Of a stretch of 64,000 nucleotides of DNA, positions 49,476-61,600 are shown in pieces. The number at the start of each line of letters is the position of its first letter. The stretch's first letter is position 1. The notes beneath the pieces were generated by a model. That model had not been told where the DNA came from. It saw nothing but the letters and a program-made list of their open reading frames with translations, and did not search any database. The stretch spans positions 5,580,001 to 5,644,000 of the forward strand of contig CP075494.1 in NCBI GenBank assembly GCA_021613535.1. Direction: 5' to 3'. The stretch comes from Adineta vaga (Eukaryota > Animalia > Rotifera). A program made the position numbers and the translations under genes.

Positions 49476-49688
49476 ATGTCGTCTTCATCTGATCAAAATA
49501 CTGATCTTTCTAATGGAAAATTAGCTACTGAATCAGCACCGGCAGGTATGAATTCAATAACAAATACAGTTGGTATGCATCCAGGTACAAATGAAGCATC
49601 ACCAAAGATTGTTCCATCGAATACTCGACGAGGTAGTTGTGATCAACCAGGCTGTACTACAGAACATAGTGGAAAAGCACATGAATAA
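49476..49688 (+). CDS. Small hydrophilic uncharacterised protein (70 aa)
   Basis: ATG in an A-rich context, codon composition unlike the intergenic DNA, and AATAAA overlapping the stop. Confidence 0.5.
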   Translation: MSSSSDQNTDLSNGKLATESAPAGMNSITNTVGMHPGTNEASPKIVPSNTRRGSCDQPGCTTEHSGKAHE

Positions 49689-49850
49689 ACTTTCATAAGA
49701 TTTTTATCTCTTGATTATATTATAATCTAGCATGAAATGCACATTTCTCTTTTGTTCTTATCAAATAAATCAATAGAATTTATTGTTGATATAAACACCT
49801 CTTCATAAGAAAAAATTTCTTTTAAGTTTAATACAGAAATGAAAAAAAGT

Positions 49851-52800
49851 TCATTCTGTTTGTTGAGCCAACCATGCTTCAATAACATTTTTAAAAGCAT
49901 GATTTGGTGAAACATTGGTTACATTTGTTCGACAAATTGGACATGCATGTCCACCAACTGTCTTTAAATAAGCAGTAATTGCATCCATATCAAACATATG
50001 TCCACAAGGTGTTGTTGTTGCTGGATTTTCCATAATATCCAATGTAATTGGACATGTAAAGAATTCCTTATCGAGAACTGCTTTTAAGGTATTGACACTC
50101 GATTTTGTCGTGGCTGCTTGTTCCGGAATTGCTTCTAAATCATTCAGTCCTAAAACTTCGTCATTACCAGTTGTTGATTGTAGTTGTTTAAGTAAAGTTG
50201 ATAGACTCGAAAATTGTGGTGGATTTGTAATTGATTGTAATGCTCGTACTAATTTCTTCTGTAATTTTTCTAAATATTCATGAACACCTGGTTTATCGAA
50301 ATGATTAAAACGCATTGTTTCATAACTTGGTACTGTTACCGATTTTTGTCCACATTCAATCACATAATCAAGTTTACTTATACCTTCTGATGATTGTTCT
50401 TTGGCTACGCGTGAATATTCAATCGATCCACGTAATGCACCAGCAATAAATGGATCATTACAATGTGCTACTAAATAATCGATCACAACACTTCGTGAAA
50501 TATTGATAACTACAGTTTCATTTGGTAGGACAGCACCTTCACAAGCCGCTCGGACTTCATTTATTTTGTCAGTCAATCGATTAGTCTGTCTCCATTGAAC
50601 AATTGGAATAGATTTATATCGATCTCGAATAGTATAAATATGTGCATTGATTTGATCAGCGGAAATTGAACCATGATTCAATTCCATCAATTGATCTCGT
50701 AAAATATCAACATCTTTTTTAGTAGACGTATTATAAAGTTCAATAGCACCCTCAGGTAAACTTGGATTTTCAAGTACACTTAGATATCGTGGACGAACAA
50801 GTGAACCGTGCATAACTAAATTTCTAGCATAAAATTTGGCAACTTCAGCAGGATTCGTAATCAAGGTTGATGGAGCAATCACTTTACCAGTAGAGGCATT
50901 CACTCGATTATTTTTTTCATCGATATAAACACACCATGCTTTTGGTTCGTCAGTATCAATGAATGGTTCGACATTTTCGTAAACTGGTTTTTCGTAACTG
51001 ACTGAACCATCTGTTAATCGCAATAGAAAACCAGTGAGAGCATGAACAGATAGGATCTGATGAATCGTTTGGAGAGTTTCTGACGGAAGATTGAGTTTTG
51101 GTGCTAATTCACGTAGAATTTTCATCCAAAATGCTGTTCGATTTTCATCGAGATTTAAATCAGTTAATAATTTAGTTGGTACGACTAAACTTGGCAATGC
51201 ACCAGTGAAAAAATCAGAAAATGTTCGACCTGAAACATCCATAACCCATGCTAATCGAATGGCTGCTACTGGTTGTAATGTCCATGGATTATCCAATGGA
51301 ATATGTCGTGAATATTGAAATTGTTGAAGACATAATGGTAACAAACGTATGATTGATAATAATTCAATTGTACCATCAGATTTTCTCCAAATTGGTATAT
51401 TCGAAGATTCAGGACCAGGTAACGGTTTTTCATTGATTTTACATGAACATAACAAATCAAAGATTAAAGATAAAAGATCTAAATCGACAGGTGCATATAG
51501 CACTTTCAAATTTTGTAACGCTTCACTCAACATTTCTGCAGTACAAGTTAAACTATCGACTCGAAGATTTAAATAACCAACTGGCGGTCCATATTTCTTT
51601 TCATTATCAGCAATAATTAAGTCTCTTTCGCTGAAACTCATTGCATTATCCCAAAATTTATTAATTTCGATTTTAGCTTTTTCATCATTAATCAATTGAC
51701 TGATTAATTTTTGTTTTTCCGTTGTAAAAGTACTTAAAATTTTCGATAAATAACCGTATAATTGTTGACATGCTGCACTGGTTTCTAAGTGTCCATATGA
51801 TGTTTTAACCAGAGGAGTTATTAATGACATAAGACTTTGAAATTCGATACTTTGTAAACATCGTTGAAAATTTAATTTCGCTGTTTCTTCAAGATATCGA
51901 AATAGACCAAGTAATTTTTTAGTAAAAAAACTTGCAATACTCTCATCTTGATTGATACATGTCACGAATATTTTCGTCATGACTGTTGGTGCAAGAAGAT
52001 TCGATGGAAGTACATAATGACCAACAGAAGTGTAACCAGTTAAATGAGCAAATGAATGATTTTCATGAAGATATCCTTCGATAATCGTATCAAGCTGAGA
52101 ATATTGTTCAGAAGCAACGCCAATATATGGAACATTTGTATGTACACATGATGAAATGGATTTGGCATGTTTTTGTTCAACATTTTTTGGTGACCATGGT
52201 GGTGCAATAAAAAAGACAGTTTTACATTGATTTTGAAATGTTAATTGAGAAATATTATCAGTAAATTCACCGTCAGAAATAATAATAGCATCATATGCAT
52301 TGGGAAAATCTTTTGTTCGTTCAAATGATGGACAAAAAGCAGTTCCACCTTGTGGTCGATAGTTTCCTTTAATAAATTCATCCAAGGTTAACAATCGGTT
52401 GTTGAGGTCTCTGTGTACATTCTCTTGAACACTTCCACCAAATAGAGATACATGGATTTGAACACCTTGTGATTGTATTTTTGTACATAAATTTGTAATC
52501 GTATGAACTAATGGAGCAAAACCAGCAACATTCATCGAACCACTCATATCGAAATGAATAATAACTGATCGTCGTTCCATTTCGATACCCATATGTTTCA
52601 GATCGTCCAGTGTCAAAATTGTCATCGATGGATGATACATAACATATTGATTAACAACATGATTGATATGATCCGATGAAATTATCACTTTTTTTGATAA
52701 CAATTGTAACATTCGATGATAAATTTGTTCAATATATTTTGCTCGTTCTTCTGCTATTTTACTATTACAAAGTTCATCGATATTGGCAATAATTTCAAGA

Positions 52801-52922
52801 AATTGAATTTGACTACATGATACAACATCGAGTTCAGACAAGAGTAGTACAGGAATAAATGCATCCGAATCAACCATGTTTCGTGCTGTAGCTGCTAACA
52901 TTTGTTTCATTCGACGTGCCAT
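49851..52922 (-). CDS. vWA-domain protein with C-terminal U-box/RING, intronless, 1023 aa
   Basis: MIDAS motif FDMSGSM, GGT, IISDGE. C-terminal FTCPITLDIMENP..CGHMFD..CPICR. Confidence 0.85.
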   Translation of the reverse strand: MARRMKQMLAATARNMVDSDAFIPVLLLSELDVVSCSQIQFLEIIANIDELCNSKIAEERAKYIEQIYHRMLQLLSKKVIISSDHINHVVNQYVMYHPSMTILTLDDLKHMGIEMERRSVIIHFDMSGSMNVAGFAPLVHTITNLCTKIQSQGVQIHVSLFGGSVQENVHRDLNNRLLTLDEFIKGNYRPQGGTAFCPSFERTKDFPNAYDAIIISDGEFTDNISQLTFQNQCKTVFFIAPPWSPKNVEQKHAKSISSCVHTNVPYIGVASEQYSQLDTIIEGYLHENHSFAHLTGYTSVGHYVLPSNLLAPTVMTKIFVTCINQDESIASFFTKKLLGLFRYLEETAKLNFQRCLQSIEFQSLMSLITPLVKTSYGHLETSAACQQLYGYLSKILSTFTTEKQKLISQLINDEKAKIEINKFWDNAMSFSERDLIIADNEKKYGPPVGYLNLRVDSLTCTAEMLSEALQNLKVLYAPVDLDLLSLIFDLLCSCKINEKPLPGPESSNIPIWRKSDGTIELLSIIRLLPLCLQQFQYSRHIPLDNPWTLQPVAAIRLAWVMDVSGRTFSDFFTGALPSLVVPTKLLTDLNLDENRTAFWMKILRELAPKLNLPSETLQTIHQILSVHALTGFLLRLTDGSVSYEKPVYENVEPFIDTDEPKAWCVYIDEKNNRVNASTGKVIAPSTLITNPAEVAKFYARNLVMHGSLVRPRYLSVLENPSLPEGAIELYNTSTKKDVDILRDQLMELNHGSISADQINAHIYTIRDRYKSIPIVQWRQTNRLTDKINEVRAACEGAVLPNETVVINISRSVVIDYLVAHCNDPFIAGALRGSIEYSRVAKEQSSEGISKLDYVIECGQKSVTVPSYETMRFNHFDKPGVHEYLEKLQKKLVRALQSITNPPQFSSLSTLLKQLQSTTGNDEVLGLNDLEAIPEQAATTKSSVNTLKAVLDKEFFTCPITLDIMENPATTTPCGHMFDMDAITAYLKTVGGHACPICRTNVTNVSPNHAFKNVIEAWLAQQTE

Positions 52923-54383
52923 AATTTGTTTTCTCTATTGTTTTCCTTCGTATACTTCGGTTTTTATACGGGTTGATAAGCAGATTATTGAATGTAAGTT
53001 TCGCAATGCTATCGTTCTATTTACATCATAAGAGAATGACGAAACATTACGTCACTAATGCATAAGCCACGTGAATAATATTTTATCGAGATATTTACAA
53101 AAACATGTTCGTTTCTCTTTCCAACTGTGTTTTTCATTTAATGTCTCTATGATGCAAGACTACTGATGTGTCCTATCCCATCCCATCCCATGGTAAAATA
53201 TCCATCATAAAGTGTCATTATTTCTTCCCAAACGTTTTTGATATACTATTTCCTTATCTTAACAAAGAATGGTGTAGATTTTCTGATAAAATCGAGAGTA
53301 TTTGAAAAGTATGAGATGATCATTTATAATTTCAACGATGCTTCATTTCAGCGCTATACAAATAAATCTGTGTCATTTTCTGTTGCGAGATATTTTGTAT
53401 TATACTCTAAACAGTACCACAATAGAAGACTTGTAAATGCTTCTAGAGTATATGTTAACCCTTAGAGAACAATCAATTATTATTTCCATTAATTATTTTT
53501 TGTCTTTACATATACTTTCTGTCTTTAAACGATTAATTCAAAGTTTTCTTTTCTTTGATTAAACAATAGTATATCAAAATCCTTCAAAGATTGAAGTTCG
53601 TCTTATAATATCTAAAGTCGTCTTCCACATATAGGTCTGTTAGTTTATTAAGTAATATTACATCATTATTTATATGATTATTGCGATATCTGATCGTAAG
53701 AGAATTTATGAGTCATCGACTGATTACTTATGCAAGCGAAAGTACCGAATTGGATTGTAGTGTAAGTCATATTCTTTTCAAACGTCGATTTATGCATCGA
53801 AGAAGATGTTCTACTATTATATACTAAATCCTTGATATTCGAATAAATCGGATTTTAATATATCAAGCTTTCTTTCTATTCATACCTGTCTTTACCAGCA
53901 ACTGAGTAATTACATGATCATATTTCATTTTTACCAAGGATATCAGTCAATTTTTTAAATACTTCACTATCGATTTCAACAAAATTTGCTTTGTTCGGTT
54001 GATAGTCTTAATTTATGCTATATCAACTAGAAGCCATCCACCTTCCTACTTATTCGCTTACACACAATGACACCATCGAAAAATAAAACAAAATTTTTTA
54101 CTTGATTACAATCATATTCTTTCGAACTGTTTTATTCATGTAAAAATCAGAAAAATATGGAGATTGATACTAGCAGTCGATTCAATTGTGACGTTAAACT
54201 TTCTTGTGAATATTAACTCAGTATTGTTTTGTCGATGACTATTGTCAAATATTTAATACTTGTGATGAATTAAACTCTGACTCAAATAAAACAAATTATG
54301 CTCTCGATAGAAATGAAATAATCAGTCTTTTCAAATTTATACGGTTAGTGAAATCTATACATTCATTTCTTCATTCAAATATC

Positions 54384-55649
54384 ATGAAAGAAAATAAAAA
54401 CGCTACTTCTTGTTTCGATTGGCTTCAATTAATTATTTATATATGTATTCCTGTTGCTATTGCTGTTTATACAGTATTAGAAAACAATCGTGAATCAGCT
54501 ATTGCAATGGCTAATCGTGCACATGATCTTCATATAGCTGATGATGAACAAAAAGATTTGATTCTTAATGAATGTCAAAAAGTATTGAGCAAATTAATTG
54601 AAAAACACGGAACTGAATTCGATCCTGGTTCATCGACTTCACTTGTAGTTCGTTTTGCCGTACTTTCCGCATTAAATCGACTTGATTTAACTCGACGAAA
54701 TTTTCTTATTCGATTATTATACGAAGCGAAATTAATTACTTGTCAAACACCAAATTGTCGACCATCGATTGATCTTCAATCTGCAAATTTAATGGATTTA
54801 AGTTTCGATTGTGAGTATCAACGAAAAGAATTATATTATCTTTCATTAGAAAATACAGTTATGTCAAGAGCAGATTTTTTCGATATGAATATCCATGGTG
54901 GAAATTTCAAAAGAGCTAAATTAGATCAAGCTAATTTTGCATGGACACGAAATGATTATACGTTTGAGAATTGTGCAAATTCATATTGTATGGAAAATGT
55001 TTCTACTCCATTATCTTTTGAAAAAGCAAATTTAACAATGGCATCATTTCATACTGCTACCTATGGTACGGCTAATTTTATCGATGCAATTATGACGAAT
55101 GTCAATTTGGACAATTTTTTCTGTGGAAATTGCATATTTCAAGCTACGGATTTAAGTGGAGTCAATTTTCGTGACGCAGGAATACATGATTCTTCGATGC
55201 TTTTTATTATTCTTGATAATGCTGATCTTCAACGATCTGTTTTTGGACCTAATGTAGAATTTTCCAGTTCTTCAATGAAAAATACTAATGCAGGTTATAC
55301 TCATTTTATGGAATGTCAATTCTCAGATTTTGATTTTCAAAATACATTATTCGATCATGTTTCATTTACAGAAGTTACTTTTGCCAAATCAAATATGATT
55401 AAAGTATCAATGGAGTATAGTAGAATAATAAATACAACATTTACATCAATCAACTTAAGTGATAGTAATTGGCGTTATGTTCATTGTCAGAATTGCATAT
55501 TTGATCGAGTAAATTTTATGAATGCTGATTTCTCATATGCAACATTCATTGAAAGTGATTTTACAAATGCCATAATTACAGAAGGACAATTAAAACAAAT
55601 GAAATCTTTAGAACATTCATTACTTCCCAGAAAAATGGTATTGAATTAG
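54384..55649 (+). CDS. Membrane-anchored pentapeptide-repeat protein, bacterial-like
   Basis: N-terminal TM, RRNFLIRLLYEAKLI, and long A[D/N][L/F]xx repeats. Confidence 0.85.
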   Translation: MKENKNATSCFDWLQLIIYICIPVAIAVYTVLENNRESAIAMANRAHDLHIADDEQKDLILNECQKVLSKLIEKHGTEFDPGSSTSLVVRFAVLSALNRLDLTRRNFLIRLLYEAKLITCQTPNCRPSIDLQSANLMDLSFDCEYQRKELYYLSLENTVMSRADFFDMNIHGGNFKRAKLDQANFAWTRNDYTFENCANSYCMENVSTPLSFEKANLTMASFHTATYGTANFIDAIMTNVNLDNFFCGNCIFQATDLSGVNFRDAGIHDSSMLFIILDNADLQRSVFGPNVEFSSSSMKNTNAGYTHFMECQFSDFDFQNTLFDHVSFTEVTFAKSNMIKVSMEYSRIINTTFTSINLSDSNWRYVHCQNCIFDRVNFMNADFSYATFIESDFTNAIITEGQLKQMKSLEHSLLPRKMVLN

Positions 55650-56024
55650 CAATAAATGATCTTTCGATGCGATATATATATATATATATCAAGACTTAGC
55701 TCACTGTTATATGAAAGAAACATTATCAAAATGTCTATTTTTACAAAAGTAGTACGATGTTGATTTTTTTTTCTATGTAAAATATTCTTTGTGCATTCTG
55801 ATAATATTAATGTGTCAATAAGGAAAAATCTTCAGGTTATATCCTCGATGTACGTCAAATAAATAATTACAGGATGTTCTTTGCCAGTATTATGAAATAT
55901 TCGAAAAAAGAATTTGTTTAACATCAATTTCTCTCTCTCTCACTTTTCATTGAAATAACATGAAATAAAGCGTTACGCACCTTTCATAATACGCCAACTT
56001 ATTTATCTCAAAATTCACATTCAA

Positions 56025-57114
56025 ATGTCTGACCATTTATTTATAAATTCACTTAATTACGCTACAAATTACACAAATATATTTATTGGTATACCACTTA
56101 TTATTGGTGGAGTTTTTGGTGGATTATTGAATATCATTGTTTTTCTCAGTCTTGAGATTTATCGACAAAATTCTACAGCATTTTATCTAATTATTGTTTC
56201 AATTGTTAATATTGGTCAGTTATTAACAGGTCTACTTTCTCGAGTTCTTATCAGTGCGTTTGGATTTGATTGGACTGAGTCGTCATTAGTCTTTTGTAAA
56301 CTAAGATATACTATTTTTCAAGCATGTGGAATCATATCTCCCATGTGTTTATGTTTGGTAACTATCGATCAATTCTTAGCAACATCTACTCGTCTACAAT
56401 GGCAACGATGGAGTAGTATTAAAGTTGCACATAGATCATCATCTATATGTATCATCTTTTGGCTTCTGTATGGAATTCCATATCTGATTTATTACAATCC
56501 AACTCTTATAAACAGCACTAAACAAACAGGTTGTATGATAACAAATTCAAATTATCTAAAATATTACAGTAGTGTTCATACTCCTATAATAATGGGTGCT
56601 ATTCCAATTATCATTACAACTGTCTTTGGCTTCTTAGCATATCGAAATGTGAAACAATTTTCTCATCGAGCAATTCCACTTGTTCGTCGTCGACATGAAA
56701 CTCAATTGACAATTATGGTTTTTGTTCAAATTATTTTCAATATATTTGCTACAACACCTGTCTTTGTTATACGTACTCTTGCCTCTCAAACTACTCTAAC
56801 GAGCGATCCAAAAATTGGTGCTCAAATGCAATTTGCAATTGCGTTAACAACTGGTATCTATTATTTCTATTATGCCGTAAGATAGAATTCTTTTTTTTTG
56901 TGAGATGAACTCGATGTGTTTATTTTAGGTTCCATTTTACATTTACATATGTGTATCGGAACGATTTCGAAACCAACTTCGTTATGTGATTATTGATATA
57001 CATATGAATCGATGTCGAAGATTGAAAAGGAACCAAGTAATCCCGCAAGTACAAATAATATTAAAAAGCGAAATTCAAGACGTTATAGTCATCGATACTA
57101 ATATCGTTCAATAA
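56025..57114 (+). CDS. Orphan rhodopsin-like 7TM GPCR, copy B (intron 56877-56928)
   Basis: Core is near-identical to 733-1826; N- and C-termini differ. Confidence 0.85.
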
Positions 57115-57788
57115 CTCGAAATTTTTCTGTTGTTTGTTATTTTTTCTTCATCATTGTTTCGTAATGTATTCTAAAATACAATATCGACGTTATTTTCACA
57201 TGAAAATATTATCGTGAACGTGAAGTTAATTTAATTAAGACAATGGCATTGACATTGTATGAGAAACATGATAAATAATATAAAATTATTTATTAGAATA
57301 TAATTTATAAGAATCAAAAATTAATTATAAATCCTGCCTCTAAATGCCTATTCATTTATAATATTTTCTAAGGATAGAATAGATGAAAAGAACTTCCGTT
57401 TCAGATTAATTTATAGGCTATATTTGATGCTTGCCTTTAACATTATTAAGTGTAATGTTATTCATTTAAATTGATCTATATCACATGTTGAATACACGTG
57501 ATTGCATAATTTCATGGTTTTGTTCGACGTCTCGTATTCAAAATGTATTTAATCATATTAGTTTTTCTTTTCTATGTGTTTTCTTTGGACGATTCCCTCG
57601 ATATATTTCATAGATCGACGATAAAATTTGATCGTTCAGTGCAAATAATTATATAACACAGATAAATGTATTGAATGAACTCCGGTACACTGTATTTTCC
57701 GCAGTATAAATACAGCTGATCTTTCAATAGAAAGTATAATATTCGTTTACATTTTTCACTTATTCATTCGTCGAATTTAACTGCAATT

Positions 57789-58310
57789 ATGCCAAACATT
57801 TCAAATCAAGATAAATCACATACCGATATGCGTCTTCGTGATAATCGCGAAGAATCTGGCAAGGAACATCTTACAAAAGATGGTCAACCCGATCATCGTT
57901 ACAAGGAAAATCGTTCCGATAATGAAAACAGCAAAGATCAACGATCAAATGATCAATATGATGATAATGATGGTATGTTTGAATATTTTTTCAATACTTT
58001 CTCTTGATTGAAATCAATAGATTCATCAAAATTGGCCGATATTCCAACTAAAGCTGATGGAACAGCCGATATGCGTTATGCTGAAAGTAAAGAAGCTGTA
58101 GCAGCCGGTCTCATTGAAAAAGATGAAGTCATCGAAGGTAAAAATATCTTTTAATTTCCAAACAATTTTTCAATTATTTTTGTTTGTATAGAAGCTATGA
58201 ATGGTGATGATCATCAGCATAACCAACAACAGCAAAGTAGTCATCGCAAGCAAGATGGTACTGAAGATAAACGATACAAGGAAAATCAACAAGATCGAGA
58301 TGAAGAATAA
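57789..58310 (+). CDS. 139-aa hydrophilic repeat protein, hydrophilin-like (exons 57789-57972, 58021-58137, 58192-58310)
   Basis: In-phase splicing, TATAAAT at about 57705, and a repeated KxDGxxDxRYxE motif. Confidence 0.75.
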
Positions 58311-58681
58311 AAACAATGCAATACTAGATAGATATTTATCTAGTTATTTATTTTCCTACTATTTATTTGTTATAATCTAGCTCGTTTAAATATTTTCTAA
58401 TATGATCAATAAATATTATTCTAAACAATCTAATTACAGTCTTCTTTGGATAATGAACATTCACCTTAATGATTCTTATTTATTGTAAAACGAATAAAAA
58501 AAAGGTCCCGATAATAGCATCGTTTATTTTTATTTTCTCTTCTTTCAAAATATAGAAATGTTTTCGTTTAACAAAATAAACAAAAGAAAAACGTTTCAAC
58601 CGAGTTAATGTCACTTGCACTCCAACGGATACTGACAAGTGTGAAAAAAAATAAAAACAGAAGAGAGTAGTTTTTCTTATT

Positions 58682-61600
58682 TTAAACACTAGCATGATGA
58701 TTCATAAAATGATTGCTCGATCCAACTGGTGGAGATGATGTTGATGAGACAGATGAATTCAATGCATTTGCTAATGCTTGACGTTCTTCATTACTTAAAA
58801 CGTTCATACATGTTTGAAAGATTTGTGGAATTGTCTAGTAAAAGAAGAAGATTTGAAGAGAAGAGAAAAGAATCAATTCTTACTTGAACATGTTTTAAGA
58901 TTAGGACCATACGTTGACCAACAACAGAATTAACTTCAATAGCTGATTTAGCAAAAGCATCAGCGAATAGTTTAATCACATTCGGAACATTCGAATTGTC
59001 TTGACCGATTATCACCGGATTATTTCTGAGACAGACAGATAGAAAGATAAGAATGTTATTTTTCTTTTTCTACTTACGATTCAATTAAATCACATAGATA
59101 ACCATAAACATGTGGTGTTTCTTCTGTATCTTCATGAATTGGAAGCCATGATAACCAGATTTGATGAAGCTAAATAAGTTTTGTTTCAGTTTTCATTCAT
59201 TATTCAAATGTATCGATTCTTCTTACTTTATCGATATTATCCACACATGAGTTATTAAATTTAAAGATCTTTGTTACTGCACTAACTGCATTCTCTGTTG
59301 CTGTATTATTTTCAACCGATCGACTATCAGGTGCGCTGATGAGTGCAAACAAAGGTGGTAAAGCTTCAGCACATGCACGTGCATAAACAGGACCACCATT
59401 CATACCCATAACACCAAATCCATAAGCAGCAGCTTGACGAATCTTTGAAAAGAAGAAAGATAAAAGTTAAAAACTGTTCAGATGATTTACTTCAGCTGAT
59501 TGATCAGAGAGACTTTCAGCCATACGAGAAAGAAAGAATTGTGAATAACGATGTGAATGTGCTCCAGTAAATTGAATAACATCATCGAATACACATAATG
59601 CCCATTGACGATCAGATATGGTTCGTGTTTGTTGAAGAAGTGTATAAAAATGTGGAACTAATGTATCGAAATAAACCAAATACGATTCTGTATAGGTAAC
59701 AAGAAGTGAATGAATTATATCGGATAAACGATTTAAAATATATGCATCAAAATCATCTTCTTCCATCATTTCTTCTTCTGCTTCTTCATCATGATCTTCG
59801 TCATGACGTTTTTCTGCACGTTCATTTGAACGTTCGAAATGTTTCTTAAAGTGACTGTCAAGAATTGTTGTTAATTCTTTCAATTCATCGGCTGTTAAAC
59901 ATGTTACACCTAATGTTTCAATACACTAAAAATAAAAACAAATTAAATTAAATTAAATTAAATTTTATGTCAAAATCTTACTTTGCCCAAGGATAAAAAT
60001 AATTCTCCAAGAACTTCATGATCAGGTTCTATTTCAATAGCTTTGAATAATTCTTTATTCATATATTGCCACATTTGACGAACATAATCGTCACCACGTA
60101 ACTTAGCACAATCAAGTAATAATGGTAATGATTCAGCCGCAGCAGCACGAACACCTACAAAAGAACAACGAGAAGTTTTCTATGATATTTATTCACTTAA
60201 ATATTTCGATACTGAATTATATAAAGATCTATAGTGGGTTACGAATACATTACCTTCATGGAAATAAAATCGTAGTAATGGAACCATTAATTTCGTTGTT
60301 TCTTCAACATAATTAACAAAACCTTCTTTTAATTCTCTTGCATAACAAACTAACATTGAACATGCGCTTGCTTTTTCTTCTAAACCTGTTGTTTTAATTC
60401 CAAATGCCTGTTAAATTCAAATCGATTCCTTCTAATTCATCTTTAAACAAAAAAAGTCGTACTTGATCGCCAACATTCAAAACTTCCCAATTATCATCTT
60501 CATCAACTTCTGTTTCGTCATCAGCAAGTACAGTTACTTCTGGTTTGAATGCTGCTGCTTTAAGAACTGGTCCCATAACAATAGGTAAATATTGTTCAAA
60601 ATCTTTGCCTAATATTTTACATATTCTTGTCCAAGCACCAATCAAATAAGCAACTTGTGGATCATCATTACCAAGATTATCGAAGTCCACTTGAGTTTTA
60701 ACTAATTCTTGCATAACTTCATAACAATCATTAATAAACTAGATAGAAAGGAAACAAATAGGATTTAATCGTATATGATATAAACAACAAACTTTTTCTT
60801 TGCCAACAGCTAAACCAATTAAACTAATACATTCCATTGTTTTACCACGTAACATACGATAATCAGGTGAAATAGCATTTTTAAATAGATATTTCAATTG
60901 TGGCATAAATCTTTAAAATAAGAAAAACATTGATTTACTAGAGCACAAACAGCAAAAAAGATAATAAACTAACCGGTCGTAATATGGTGAAAATTCTTGT
61001 GCAACTGTATCAGCAATAGCAGCAAGTGTTGTTACGATTTGTTCAAGTACCAATTTGCGATTATGATGAACAAGCTAATGAATAAAATAAAGTGACTTTC
61101 ATGTAACAATGATAATCAATTTGAATTACCTCTTGATATTTTCGACTTAAAACTTGTTCTAATTTTTCAATAATTTGTGGAAGATGTTCGACAAGTAAAC
61201 GTGCTGGACAATCTTCTGAAAAATTAACTAATGCAGCACCACCATGAGCTTGTGTTCGTGGATTATCATTATCATCAAGTATTGAAAGAAGACCTGGAAT
61301 AACTGTCGCATGAAATTTCTTTTGAAATGTTCCTTGAAAATCAGTTGACATTTGTCCTAATGCATTACAAGCTGCATAACGAACACGTGGATGCTAAAAA
61401 TATAATTAAATCATTTTCCAACAAATTCTTTGTGTCTTGCTCTTTACCGAATCTTTAAGAAACACCAAGATACCATTGACAAGATCATCAAGAATTGCAG
61501 CCATTTCTTTATGACAACCTTCACCGGTAGCTGATAATGCCATTAAACCAGCATGACGATAACGCCAATCAGCTAGAAAATACAAAAACAAACTATGATT

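Noticed and set aside
53171-53193. (TCCCA)n short repeat, possible MITE remnant
   Set aside because: No partner inverted end found; too short to support a call.
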